This document shows positions 23,971 to 36,300 of a stretch of 43,642 bases of DNA, in pieces. Within the stretch, counting starts at the first letter, position 1, and each line of letters starts with the position of its first letter. The notes beneath the pieces were generated by a model that saw only the letters and a list, made by a program, of their open reading frames with translations, made no database searches and was not told the DNA's origin. The DNA comes from Paraglomus brasilianum (taxonomy: Eukaryota), in the NCBI GenBank assembly GCA_910592345.1, contig CAJVPI010000196.1, positions 1 to 43,642 on the forward strand, in the 5' to 3' direction. Both the position numbers and the translations under genes were made by a program.

Positions 23971-25398
23971 CATTGGTATCGGTAAATGGCATTAACGTTT
24001 GTAGTGAAACTGGGAGAAAACATACTCGCATTGAGTTTAGAGTCAATTACAATAATGTATGCTACTTGGATATATACCTCTTTCCGCAGTGTGGCCTTGA
24101 GAGAGTTGTTAACTGATAAACAATCCCAGAGCTGGTCTATTTATAGACATCTCATGATATTTCTGTGTAACACAATCGGTGTAATTACATTCTACTTTTC
24201 ATGCCTTAAATAGTTAGCGTATCTGCTGATCGTTAAATGAATTTTCTATTCGACAAACCAGTAAAAAAGATAACAATAAGATGACTTTCGGAATTGGTGC
24301 AACTAAACGTAGTGAACGGGGTTGCGATTTACTTTCCACATTCAGAAGGTAAATCCCAACTGTTAAAATTAAAATGATGTACGAGTTTCCACATCCAGAT
24401 AAGAATATCTCAACCGTTTATAATTTCAAAAAAATAGTTCCACATTTGGGGAAATTCCAACTCTAGTGAAACGACAAAATAGAGAGCATCGTCCAATAAA
24501 GTGTCATTCTCATTATCCACTTGAATCAATTCCTATTAACTAAGGCCGCAGAACCACTCAACCGCGATAATGTTCTAGTAGTGGTTTAAACCTGCAACAG
24601 AGACGATGAGTCATGTAGTTTAATAACACTCCGTATCAAATACTTCGATTGATTTATCTTAATTTCAGTCTTATTATTTTAACCAGTTTGCTCTTGAAAA
24701 TCTAATTGCTAACGGGTTAAACTATTCTCCTCACAAAATGAACTTAGTTGCTAATCTTATTCGAAGAAAAGAAAGAGTTTGGATTATTCCTTACAAGCAA
24801 TTTATTTTATGTCTAACCGCTTATAATGGGTCTTATTGATGTGGATAGTGGCATTACTAGTGAGCGCGCATGTTGAGAGTAAGTCTTGTCTAAAAATTCC
24901 ATCGCTCACGAATGGGAAATTATTGTTGATTGATTTTAGGTAGTTAGTCCCAGAAACCCGGTTAAGCGAACGCGTTGCTAACTATTTAACGAGCGGACGC
25001 TGAATCTCAAGGTTGATGATCCGTATTATGCAGCGCGACAATTCTGGTTGGTTTAAAAGAAAGTGTAAAGTGTAATTAGGGTAAGTCAAAGAAAGATATG
25101 GTGAAGCACGTCTACTCAATGACTCCTATTATGGAATTTATATATTCGAAATGCTTTACTCGTTCTAAGATAATAATACTAAAAATAGGACATCTACGGT
25201 ATAGGAATATCATTAAGTGTCAACAGTTACATTTAGATTACGGGAATTTGCTACGTTCAACGTCATTGGGGAATTCCAATAGTAATAGGGGATAAAAATT
25301 CCCGGTACAATCGCTGTTTTTGATTAACAAAATCTGACCCACAAAGTCAACGTACCATATTATTATATGCTTTTTAATTTTACTTCAGCCTATTTACC

Positions 25399-28296
25399 AT
25401 GCCGAGAGCAAGGAAAACTCTCGTTCCCGCACGGACACTACGCTCAGACATAGGCGTAACGATTAATAATCTTTCGGAGGCTTACAAAACTCTGGAACCA
25501 GCGCTGCAACAGCTTACAGTCTCGAACCAAGGAGCCAATTTTGAACGTGCCTCAACAGAGAATCGTGATCCAGTCGCTTTCATACATTACGCTTATTGCG
25601 ATTTCCTGCATGAGTTAGGAAAGCTTGCTTCCATGGGAGATCGAGCCACGGGTAAAGCACCGCTTGGTCAGGTATTGTAGTATAATTATGATTTATGCAA
25701 GTGCTAAGGTGCGACTATTCGACTTCTAATTACGATGGACTGTATAGTACTTGCAATTTTTAAATGAAATAAAAAGCCAGGTAATTGCATGTCTTGATTA
25801 TAAAATGCTGGATATTGATTTCTCTTATACTAACTCTCGACTCACCATGTAGCTGCAACATAAAGCCCCGAATTTTCAAATATCGCGCTTTAATTCGGGT
25901 AAAACACGGACACCTGAAGTTTCCGACAGTAAAAATCCAAAGGTTGTGAGTGAAATATGGTCATCGGCGTCTCAGTCTGAACCAGAAGATGAAAAGATTG
26001 TACCCAAGAATCAATCACAGTTTGTTGTTGACAAATTAATCCCGACTCTTCCGAAAGAGTTTCAGACTTTGTGCTTTGACTTGTGGTTTCTGATACTCCA
26101 GCCTATTGCTCTATGTTCAGAAGAGAATGCTGTTGATGTGTTGGCCTTATTAATTATGAATATGGATTTTTCTGGAAATAATCTCGATGATGACGCGGCG
26201 ATAGAGAGAGTCGAGAAATTCTTTAAGGTCATTTCATTATTACCAAAACAATGGGATGGTTCACTCAGGTGAGTTTTTTTATTCGTTCATTATGATACAC
26301 ACAACTCATTATTGCTAGTCCAGAAGTCTCTGCAATTAATTTATATCTGGTTTAATTAATGAATATTTATTAATCAGAACCTTTAAAGACAAGCAATAGG
26401 TCGCGTTCTAACAAAAGGCGATTTTGAAAATTTCGCTCGTACTTTACTTTATCTTGATATGATAGACTCAAAGTTAGAGTCAACGCCTCCCAAAAATGAA
26501 ACCGATACTTGTATTGGCCGTATACTAGCCAAATATCATTATGTACTGCTCTGGCACCTACGACATCTCTTGGAACGTGGATATGATGAGAAGAATATTC
26601 AAGTCATTCACGATGGCTGTCAGTTACTAGAAGTGGTTGCTTCACATGTTAGAACACTCTCATCGCTGGAAATTATTCGATGTTGTGATGAAGTCATTGC
26701 AACATGGTTTAAGATAATGTCAATGCAATTGTACATGTCCAGGAAGAAAGAAGAAACCGTGCAATGGGACGAAGTTATTGAATGCCTAAAAAGAATCAGT
26801 AAGCGAACGGTTTCATCACCGCAAGACAGTTTGTGCAAAATCAACTTGTGCTAACATACGTTATTATAGTGTTCATATTTGGAAGTTTTCCTGAGATGTT
26901 CAAGTATGTTATGACGATCATTTTAGAACACATCTTTGCTGGAGCCCTTGAACAGAGTCAACATCAAATAACAAATAACAGTGGGTCACTCATGGATCTA
27001 AACCAACAAAGAGAGAGTATAATGTTTGATGACATTAATATTGCAAAAGAAGGTTCCGACATTAGGAGAGGGAATGATCTACAAAGTATTTATGCTTCAG
27101 AAGAAATGAGTGACACGTCTGGGAATAGCTATAAAGAAACGAAATGGAGAGCGAAAATTATTATGTTTACGGGTGATCAACCTAAATGGTTTGTAATTAT
27201 AACGTTATTGATACCTATTGGCAAACACTTCTCTAATTCATGATAAAATTTAGTTCAGTATTTGACGAGTGTTATGCCATGAACGTGCTGAACACATGCG
27301 AATTGATACAACGATGTTGTTTTTCAGGTATGCACATAACGGTTGGCTCTGTGATATTGTGGTGTTAAAGTTAACATTTTTCGTTATGACAATTTATACA
27401 GATGATGAGAATCTTGATCGAACAAAGATGTCTATTTTCGTGGCGTTGTTGAACCAGAAGTTCAGTACAAATGTCAAAAAGAGAAACGGGTTAGACCATT
27501 ATCGTGCCATCTTGCCAAAAAATACAAATTCTGAGCGGTGAGCAGTAGTGCATTTGAGTTTTGCCGTCGGTACCTATGATGAATGTTGTTGATTTAACGT
27601 GTTCATTCTTCTCAACTTTTTAGTGACTTGCTTATCAAACGAAGTTTCAATGATACGCCCATTCTCTGGCTGTTGCTCGATTTTATTTCATCTGGTAAAT
27701 AATGTCTTATTGGCAATCATCATACGCCATAGCATTTTTTTTTTTTACTAATATCTTCTGAACGCGTATTAGATCAAGAATCGTTCAGGACGTGTAACCA
27801 CATAGTCCATAGCTTACTGGCAACAAGCATCGTATTTTGGTATTCAGTGAAAGATCCAGATCCCCACAAACATCCCAATGAATTAGATTCTGCCGTCCGA
27901 ATTATGAATGCAATGAGAAAGGTATATTTTGGTAGTAACTATCATTTTATTTTCATACGCAGACGACTCACATATGACAATTACGTTAAGGCATGCTGCG
28001 TTCCAGCGGGTCTCAATCAAGTGGGCGAATTATTTCCCCACATATCTTCTATCGATATAGGGTATCTATTATTAGAAGCCATTTTGCATTTCCTCGATGA
28101 TAATGTTTCTCGTAGGCGTGAAGCAAAGATCGATCCTATGCAAATTGATGAGAAAGAAGGTGGCGAGAAAACAGAAGATATGAGAAGAACTAATCCAAAT
28201 GGTGTGAATTATGAAAAGAGGATGGAGAAGGTCAAGGCTGTAATAAGAAAGCATATCTCTACAACTGCAAACTTAGTCCCTTTGTTCTATTTGTAA
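25399..28296 (+). CDS. INTS5: Integrator complex subunit 5-like protein
   Basis: About 10 exons splice in frame. The C-terminus, ERDLLIKRSFNDTPILWLLLDFIS...CNHIVHSLLATSIVFW...VPAGLNQVGELFPHISSIDIGYLLL, parallels the INTS5 C-terminal motif ERDL.I...F...PLL..LL...C...LL...W...LPP.L....E.F......V.LLL. Confidence 0.72.
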
Positions 28297-29416
28297 GAGT
28301 CGGCCCAAACTTACGCGAATCACCTATGAGTATTCTGGTTTCTACTTTGTCATAATAGTATTTATAGATCGTTCGCATGCGTCCCTAATATACTTATACA
28401 AACTTTAATGCGTCAACTAAGTTGAAAATGTACGTTTGAAAGAGTATTATTAAACATCAATCTCTTCAGCAATATAATTGTTATTAAGGTTATTTTGACA
28501 AATCAGACCTTTGGTCACTGAACCTAATTGCAACCGAAAACATCTTATTGGAAGAAGATGGAGTGTAATTCAAAAAGAAACTGGGGTGGTGCTATTCCAC
28601 AGAGAACGGATGTCATACCAATTTACATCAAGTTTTATTATTATGTCTATTGTGAACTTTATGTTGGATTAAAATTTGCGCTGTCTGTCAAAAGACGCGT
28701 TTCTCGATTACATATTTTAAGACGTATCAGTTAATAATGAGAATATTATAACTAGACAATATCGTGCAGTTGTCAGGACAGGATACGCAATTGGTGGGCC
28801 CGACGCGATTGATAATTATGGTTCATAATTACAAGTTTCAAGATCGGGAGGCCTATATGAATCCGATAGTCGATTAGGTTTGTCGTTAGTTATTAGGTAG
28901 ATATACTACTATCTGTATTTTGTAGGTGTATGATCCTATTGTTGTAATTTCATTAGTATATTTGACATATTCATTTATATTCTGTTCTGTAAGTGAAGGG
29001 CAATGCATACTTCCAGTAATTGTGCGTATTAGAACATCATCTTGATCTCGTCGAAACAATATTTACACTTGTGACTTCAACAGCCCAGTAACGTGAAAAT
29101 GTCTAATGCCATTATTAATTATGTCTAAACCGTTTTTCATATACTCCACTACACAAGACAATCTAAAATCTGCAAAATACTAAATAAACGATTTGTAAGT
29201 TACCAGTCTCAATAAATATCCAGCTTTTATCGTAAACATAAAAGTTATTAACAAAACTACCAGTAAAATTGATGTACGAGTCACTCTTACATTAAACCTT
29301 TCTTGCTACCAATGGAACCACTGGTGTGGCACATCCATGGTAAGTCAATTTGCAAAAGTTAACAATCTTCGTATTTATTTTATTCAAGCTGTCTCGCTTT
29401 GCTGCGTGGATTTGCT

Positions 29417-30391
29417 CTAGACAACCCGCTTGACTTCAAAGAAACTCTTAAGATAATACACTTGCCAGAGGCAAACTGCTATCAGCACGCCGAATTGGAA
29501 TAGGGACCACCATTTGACTCTATCATTAGTGCTCTCAGCAGCTGAAAGAAAATGTGATTGATATTCAGTACATATCACGAGAAAGTCGATAGAATTGGAT
29601 AATTGGTTGATACATACTGTTGCGGTGTGTTCTTTCTCTTATAACCAAATAAGCCTGTTCGTCTTTAATTGCAGCAAGATTGTCGGCTAACTCTCTAATT
29701 TCTTTTTCAACTGGATCCGTGTGAGCTATTCAAAAAACGGATTTGTAGAATTCGCAATTACATATATGTATAGAATGGGTCAACAACCATAATCACAACA
29801 CAGCTATACTTACAACTATCTTCTGGTATATATACAATTCCATGAACGTTGAAGCTAACTGATTTATCCGTGACGCTTGACATCTCATTGCTGAAGCAAT
29901 AAGTATATCTGCCATCATCTTGAGCCCCCACTGAGAATGTCCCAGTCGATTGTCTTTCTTCTCCTATTATTGGTCTGTCATTTGGATCAGTCATCTATTA
30001 ATAACGCGATAGATAAAATGATTAGAGATTATGTCGAATACTTGCACGGTGACGTGTATGCATTATGTGTGTTCGTTATGAGCATTATGTACGTGCATTT
30101 ACTATTTAAACGCTCTCTATATAAAGTGAACGCTTTTGATCCATAAATATCATTTAATTCTATATTTCCAAATATTGCGCTTATAATGTGGCAGAAATCT
30201 AGTTCACTCACCGTAAAGTCAATATCCAGATGCCCACCTTCTCCCACTTGGAAAGTTATCGTCATTCTATCATCCTTATGTAAATCCTCATAGAAACACT
30301 CTTTTACACCAGCTTTTACAACAATAGTATAGGCTACTGTCTGTTGAATACCCAAGATTAAGGCTGCAATTACCACGAATGAGACACGCAT
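29417..30391 (-). CDS. EMP24: p24 family cargo receptor, beta subfamily (Emp24/TMED2)
   Basis: Exons 30391-30212, 29994-29814, 29725-29618 and 29541-29417. Signal peptide, GOLD domain (ECFYE, GRYTYCFSNEMS), RERTHRNTAESTNDRVKWWS and tail YLKSFFEVKRVV. Confidence 0.93.
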
Positions 30392-31212
30392 GTTGAAGAA
30401 GAATTCTCGAACAAGGTATCACGGTGATCGTGGTTTTTTGTGCCTGGCAATTGGTGGTTACGCAGCGCAGGAAATTATGACGGGTCTTTCTACTAAACCG
30501 GACCAAATATATATCGCTGAATGCTTCACGTTAGATAATATGAGTTGAACAGTATCATGATACACTATCTAGAAAATAAACCATTATCCCCGAATGCTCT
30601 TGCTAATATTAAAGGCATATTTAATGTTGCAATCCAACTATCGTGGATTGCCCTGATTGGTTTATACAAGCAAAAAAGAACGTCTTTCTTATCCACGAGA
30701 AAATAGTATCAAGCAAATTGAGACCTGATCAGAAATAATTTTCGCGACCGTTTGTTTAGATTATAGAAAAAGATTAACAGACTTTATGGGCCGAACGTAC
30801 AAGTATATATCTAGTGCGTTTTTTAAAGGCTACAAATCAAAATTCTTGACAGTATGCATTAGCGCTTTATCAAAAGAATCTATAAGAGGAAACGAGGTGG
30901 AGTAAGTACAGCAAACATAAAAAGCCAAGACGCATACAAATACCTTGTATCGTAGCTTGGGAAGAACGTACAAATAAGAAGTTCTGTGCAATTACACTGT
31001 TGGTGATGTTGCTCCTTTATTAAACATCTTCCCGTTGTTTATGAATAAAGCTACTTACACTAATTAAAATACGTCTCGAGGACACTATTACAATAAATGT
31101 AATTCTACTTAAGGTAAAATCCATAATGAAGAACGCGAAACTCCAGCTACGGTAAAGTTCTTACATGTTATTCTGATATCGCTTCACATTCTTCAAATTC
31201 ACCATAGGCAAT

Positions 31213-31505
31213 TTACATTACAGCCCGATACGTGCCCACGGATAGAAAACCTGTAAATATAACAGTATCAGCACTTGCAATCAGAGGGGAAATCGGTGGG
31301 TTTATTATTAATCATCTCGCAGAAACTCACCAATACCCATGATGCCAAACACAGTTCTACGTACGCCAGTTCTCGGGACGTTTCTCATGCTCTTTGCTAG
31401 ATACAAACTGTACATGCCAACTCCGGATAATACACTAGCTCCAATTACTTTACATAGCATACAATCTTGATACTCTTTCTCTTTCCGTGCGGTATTATCT
31501 GGCAT
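31213..31505 (-). CDS. DMAC1/DUF4536-like small mitochondrial membrane protein
   Basis: Two exons encode MPDNTARKEKEYQDCMLCKVIGASVLSGVGMYSLY...VFGIMGIGFLSVGTYRAVM, with the DCxxC motif, two TM helices and a GxYR ending. Confidence 0.72.
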
Positions 31506-31649
31506 CGTCACGAAATTTACTATGACGCATACTGCATTTCGTGAGAAAAAAAAACCATTGACACGTGATGGCTCTTTTAACTCGTGATGTAAATTTAAAC
31601 TTTAGGCCGTGCAACCGAGATTTAGTTGGGTTCAGCAAGTTTGTAGACA

Positions 31650-31673
31650 TAATAATAATAATAATAATAATAA
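31650..31673. repeat. (AAT)n microsatellite
   Basis: TAATAATAATAATAATAATAATAA. Confidence 0.85.
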
Positions 31674-32354
31674 CTGTGACAGATCAAACCGAAATCGGAT
31701 TAAAATAAAATTTTCTCTATTTTAATATGAAAATTTAAAAATTTTTGGGGGGCAATTTTTTAGTGCTAGGATTTTTTTTTGGAATTTGGGTTAGAAGAGT
31801 TTCAGAGGCATTAAAAGAGAATCCAAGAAGACCCCAAATTTCGTTTTAATCTGCCACAATAACTAACGTATTGTACATATGCGCTAACTTTGATATAAAT
31901 TTCAGCGGTACCGTATCGATGCCAAAAGTATGCGAGTGACAAAAATCATAGATAGATCCATGCTTTACATAACTGGTCTGCCTGTCATATGACAAATCTG
32001 ATATTTGTCCGTAATTGACTCGTTTCCATCAACAAGGTCGTACTTGCGCTGGTATGCAAAACATTTAACCACCGTAACATGCCAGTAATTCCTTTGTGAA
32101 AGTCAAGCTAACTTTGCAATTTTAATTACAATGCAGGCGGGACTCTTTTATTTCAAAGAGGATTGATGTGGTACATCAAAGTAAACGCTTATCTTTGCCC
32201 GTGTTTGGTTAGTATGTGTACAACAATAATAAATGCTCATTCGCCAATTTATGACCTGATGTGTGCATCGACTTATTTTAGCTAATTTCCCGAACGTCAA
32301 ATTTTTTTTAAAAATCTCCGAAAATGATGAGGTTTCCTTACTTAACTTCCCGCC

Positions 32355-33059
32355 ATGAAAGTACTTACTGACAAAGAGAAGGACGAGCATTATCGCTATG
32401 TACTCAAACATGGACTGCGAGGTGGTGTGATAGGTCTTGCAGCTGGTATGGGCCTTTCTCTTTTAGGATCACGGTTCATTCCGTCATATAGGAATCTCAG
32501 ACTTCCGCTCAAGGCATTTCTTATCTCGTCAGGTTCGGATTCAATCGCAACTGACACTTGTCGATACGATTCAAATTACTTAGAATATTACTATTTGCAA
32601 TGATACAGTGGCATCCGGCACTTGTATGGTGGTAGCAGAAAAGGCATCACTCGAATTCGACAGAGAATTGTATGGATCGCCTAAAGTCCTCGAAAAAGTT
32701 TCTCACGAGAGTAAGCTTGAGAATGTAAGAGGTTTCATGATTGACAATAAATGGGGTGTTCTTTTTGGAATATGGGCCCTTGGTATGGCTGGCTCAATGG
32801 GATTAATATGGCGTAATAGGTAAGTATCTAATGAAATTGATATGATTCAACGCCTCTCTCACAATCTCTTCATTCTCGTAGATACGTAACCCTCTCCCAG
32901 AAATTAGTGCAGGCTCGTATGTACGCACAAGCAATAACTATTGCTGCTATTCTGGGATCAGCAAGTTTATCAATGACAGAATCATCACATAAGAGTAAAT
33001 TTATAAATAAATCTGATGAATGGATCTTGGTAACTGAAAAAGAGAGCCAAGATAACTAA
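32355..33059 (+). CDS. RCF2: Respiratory supercomplex factor 2 (HIG1 domain)
   Basis: Exons 32355-32532, 32609-32819 and 32882-33059. Starts MKVLTDKEKDEHY, has a LPLKAFL motif and the HIG1 QKLVQARMYAQ motif. Confidence 0.9.
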
Positions 33060-33309
33060 GACTCAACGATATTTACTAAAGATGGCAATTTCACTTAAAT
33101 GTGTATATTACTGTTTAATAAATAGAAAAAATTTTAATTTTTTTTGCACGAACTCGGTCATATTCTATACTATGTCATTAGCATGCTATATCGACTATGT
33201 GAATAATTGCCTTGATTGCGTTTATACTTCCGATTTCCTGTCTCTTCTCTTTACAGATTACTTCGACCATACAGCAACAAATTTATTCTGTGACATTACA
33301 ACCTCTCAA

Positions 33310-36300
33310 CTAGTCGAATGTTGGTAGTAATAACGGCGAAGTTCCAGCTGAAGAGTCATATTTTGGCCGCTCTCCATCCGGTAACGACAACTCGGAACGA
33401 TGCGAAGAATTTGATGCAGGCGGCGTGCTTATTGTAGGCTCTCCAGCAGTTTCTGATCTCCAGGGAGGCGGCATCGCCGTCCTTTGAGAGGTTACTACAT
33501 CAGACAGTTCCATCCTTTCGCCGTCTTCCGATTTGTTAGTCATTGACGTCGGTGGAGCATCATGATTTAAATAGGTTCCCGTCGACAAGGAATGTGTTGT
33601 CATTGAAGAAAGCGAGAATGTGGTTGACGAGGGTCCGTTTGGCGGTTTAGGAAATATCCCAGGCGTAGGTTTCCAATTATGTTTCTTCCCTTCTTTGTAA
33701 ATTTCCTCTAATATTTCTTCAAAAATGCCTTCGGCTTTGAATTGTATATACTTCTTGTACAAGAGCAAAGCCTTTAGAGTTACGATTTTAGTGAGAGAGA
33801 GTTTATAAGATGCTGAATGGAATAGCTATTTGTAAAGTTTTACCGCTCTAGCATCCTCCACGCTGTCATGCGATTCTGTCTGAATATCTTGATTGAGGAG
33901 ACACCAAGCCAAGAAACGAAGAGAAATCTTTCTGTTAAGATCAAAGGAACATAAAGTGTTATTATGATACTAGCGGTTTTGAAAGCACCTCATTTTGATT
34001 AGATATTACCTCTGTCTATTTTTAATATGGAAAATTTCAACCGTATCAATAACCTGTTCTGGTGGAACCAAGATATCTAAAAACTTTTTTGCTTTAATGC
34101 ATTGAACAAAATAAACGGTTTCACGCGTTCAATATCGTATTGACGTACTTATTATTCTAAAGTCTTTTTTAAGTCCGTGACCGACAAAAACGCATCCCAG
34201 ATCGAGCAATAATCGTAATTTCTTATAAGCCACTTTGAGCGGTACTAGAGTATGTCTGGAGGTGGCAGGATCCAAGTCGCCAGCTTTTATCAATTCAAGT
34301 CAGATTATGCAGAAATAGGGAATTATAACACTGGTACTATTTATATTAAACAATATTGTACCTTTAATTCCCGAGTATTCAGTCAAGTAGTCTACAACAG
34401 GGTCCGATGTAGCAATATAATCATCAATAAATGGAATGCCTTCTTTCTCTCCCTCGCCACGCAATACACTGACACGGGCTAAACTAAGTCTGCTGGGACG
34501 AATAACCGACTTTGTGCCATCACTTCTAATCTCGGTTTCTTCCTATAAATATGCCATTGAGATCACACGGCCTTGTTAATAGACTGCATATTTCAATACG
34601 AAATCTGCAGTGTTGGTAAGTAAACTCCCAAGCCCGATGTTAGTGTCCTTTCATAATAGTGAATAATCACCGTACCTGACTCAGTGCAATAAATTCAGCA
34701 TCTATTGCTACTAGAGTTCCTGGTTGTGGCGTTTCTTCTGGCGACAAAAGTTGGAACAGTTTTGGGACCGGCACAATCGGTTTTCTTTTAAAAAAGAATG
34801 TTTCATATTAAACAGCATTCCCAATAGAATAGACCTTGTCAAGGATAGAAAAATCTTACTTGGCTATTGAAGTATCTTCGAAAAGTATTGAATGATCTAC
34901 TTCATTTGGAAGTGCTGATATATCGACAAGAGCGTCTATATCAATTCTAGTAAAATACAGCAGCACTGGGACCTATGTAGAAAAATGTTAGAATACCGTT
35001 CCATGTCAATAAACACTGAGATATTTGGTGAACCTGTATACCTTCCATAATCCTTGAAAATTGAGGATTTCTTGTTCACAAACATTCTTGACAAGAAAAT
35101 CATTAAATAGATACCATTCACTTTTACTCATTGGTTCTAATTCTTTCTTAGGTACTAGAGAAAGTTACCAAATATTAATATTAAAATTCAATTGCTCAAT
35201 ACAATGATAGGGAACCTACTTCGTATAAAGGTAATTATATGGGGCGTTTCTTTCTCTGGTTCAATCTGCGCAATTATTGCCTGTAAAGTCGGGATGAAGT
35301 TTTCTGTTGTTTCAACATTACCTATGCTTGCGACAAGTCATACATAACTAAGTCTTTATTCTTACCGTCAACTCATATTTAGCATGGCATGGGCTACCAT
35401 TTGTGCTAGTTTCCAGGTCATTACCCTCAAGTGTTTTTTCAATCTTCAAGTCATCACCCTCAAGATCCATAGTAATTCTTTTTATAGAATTAGAATGTGG
35501 GTAAATTTTATTGGCAGGAACGAATAAACCAATAGCAGTTCAATTTTATATACCTCGTTGGTAACCATGATTTTTGGTTCACTAGAGAACGCCAGAGCTC
35601 ACTTGGTACCGCGGTACCTAATCCACAGTTGATTACAAGTACTGGGGGCAAACTCTTTGGTATCTTCTTCACAAGACTTGGTTGGTATTGTTGACATTGA
35701 TTACACCATGCCTTAGTTTGGGTCTCTCGACATATACTTCCATTTAGAACATCCTCGAACCTTCTTACGGCCGGTTCTTTTCCCTTTGTATTCCCTTTAA
35801 TATTCTACAGCGCGATTTTATACGATACAAGTATTAGATTAAAGCGATAATCCAACGCGAACAATATAAATCCTTACTTTGTTTTGCAGTTGTAAATCAA
35901 CAACAAACGGTATGGTCATTCTTTCAGTCTCCCTTTGACATTGACATCGACTAACCAGCGCCATCTGCATTCCAAATACTTGCTGTATAACAGAATAATT
36001 TTTTTCATCCAATGGAAGGTGCTTGAGTAGCCGTTGGTTGTTGTCGGTATTGCATTCTTGATGAAGTTGCTCGAGAATAAATCGATTGAAATTTTGAATC
36101 AGTTGAGCATAAGAGATGGTTTCATCTGGCTCCTCAGGTTCAAAAAGACTTAAAGCAGAAGCTGCATATAACGAATGTATTAAACAATCACTATATGTAT
36201 CTATACGCTCATTACACGCTTATTTCATATACTCATTGAATTGGTTTATTGCCAACCTTGTGGTATCTTGCTAAATGCTTTAAGGAAATTTGTGGCTTGG

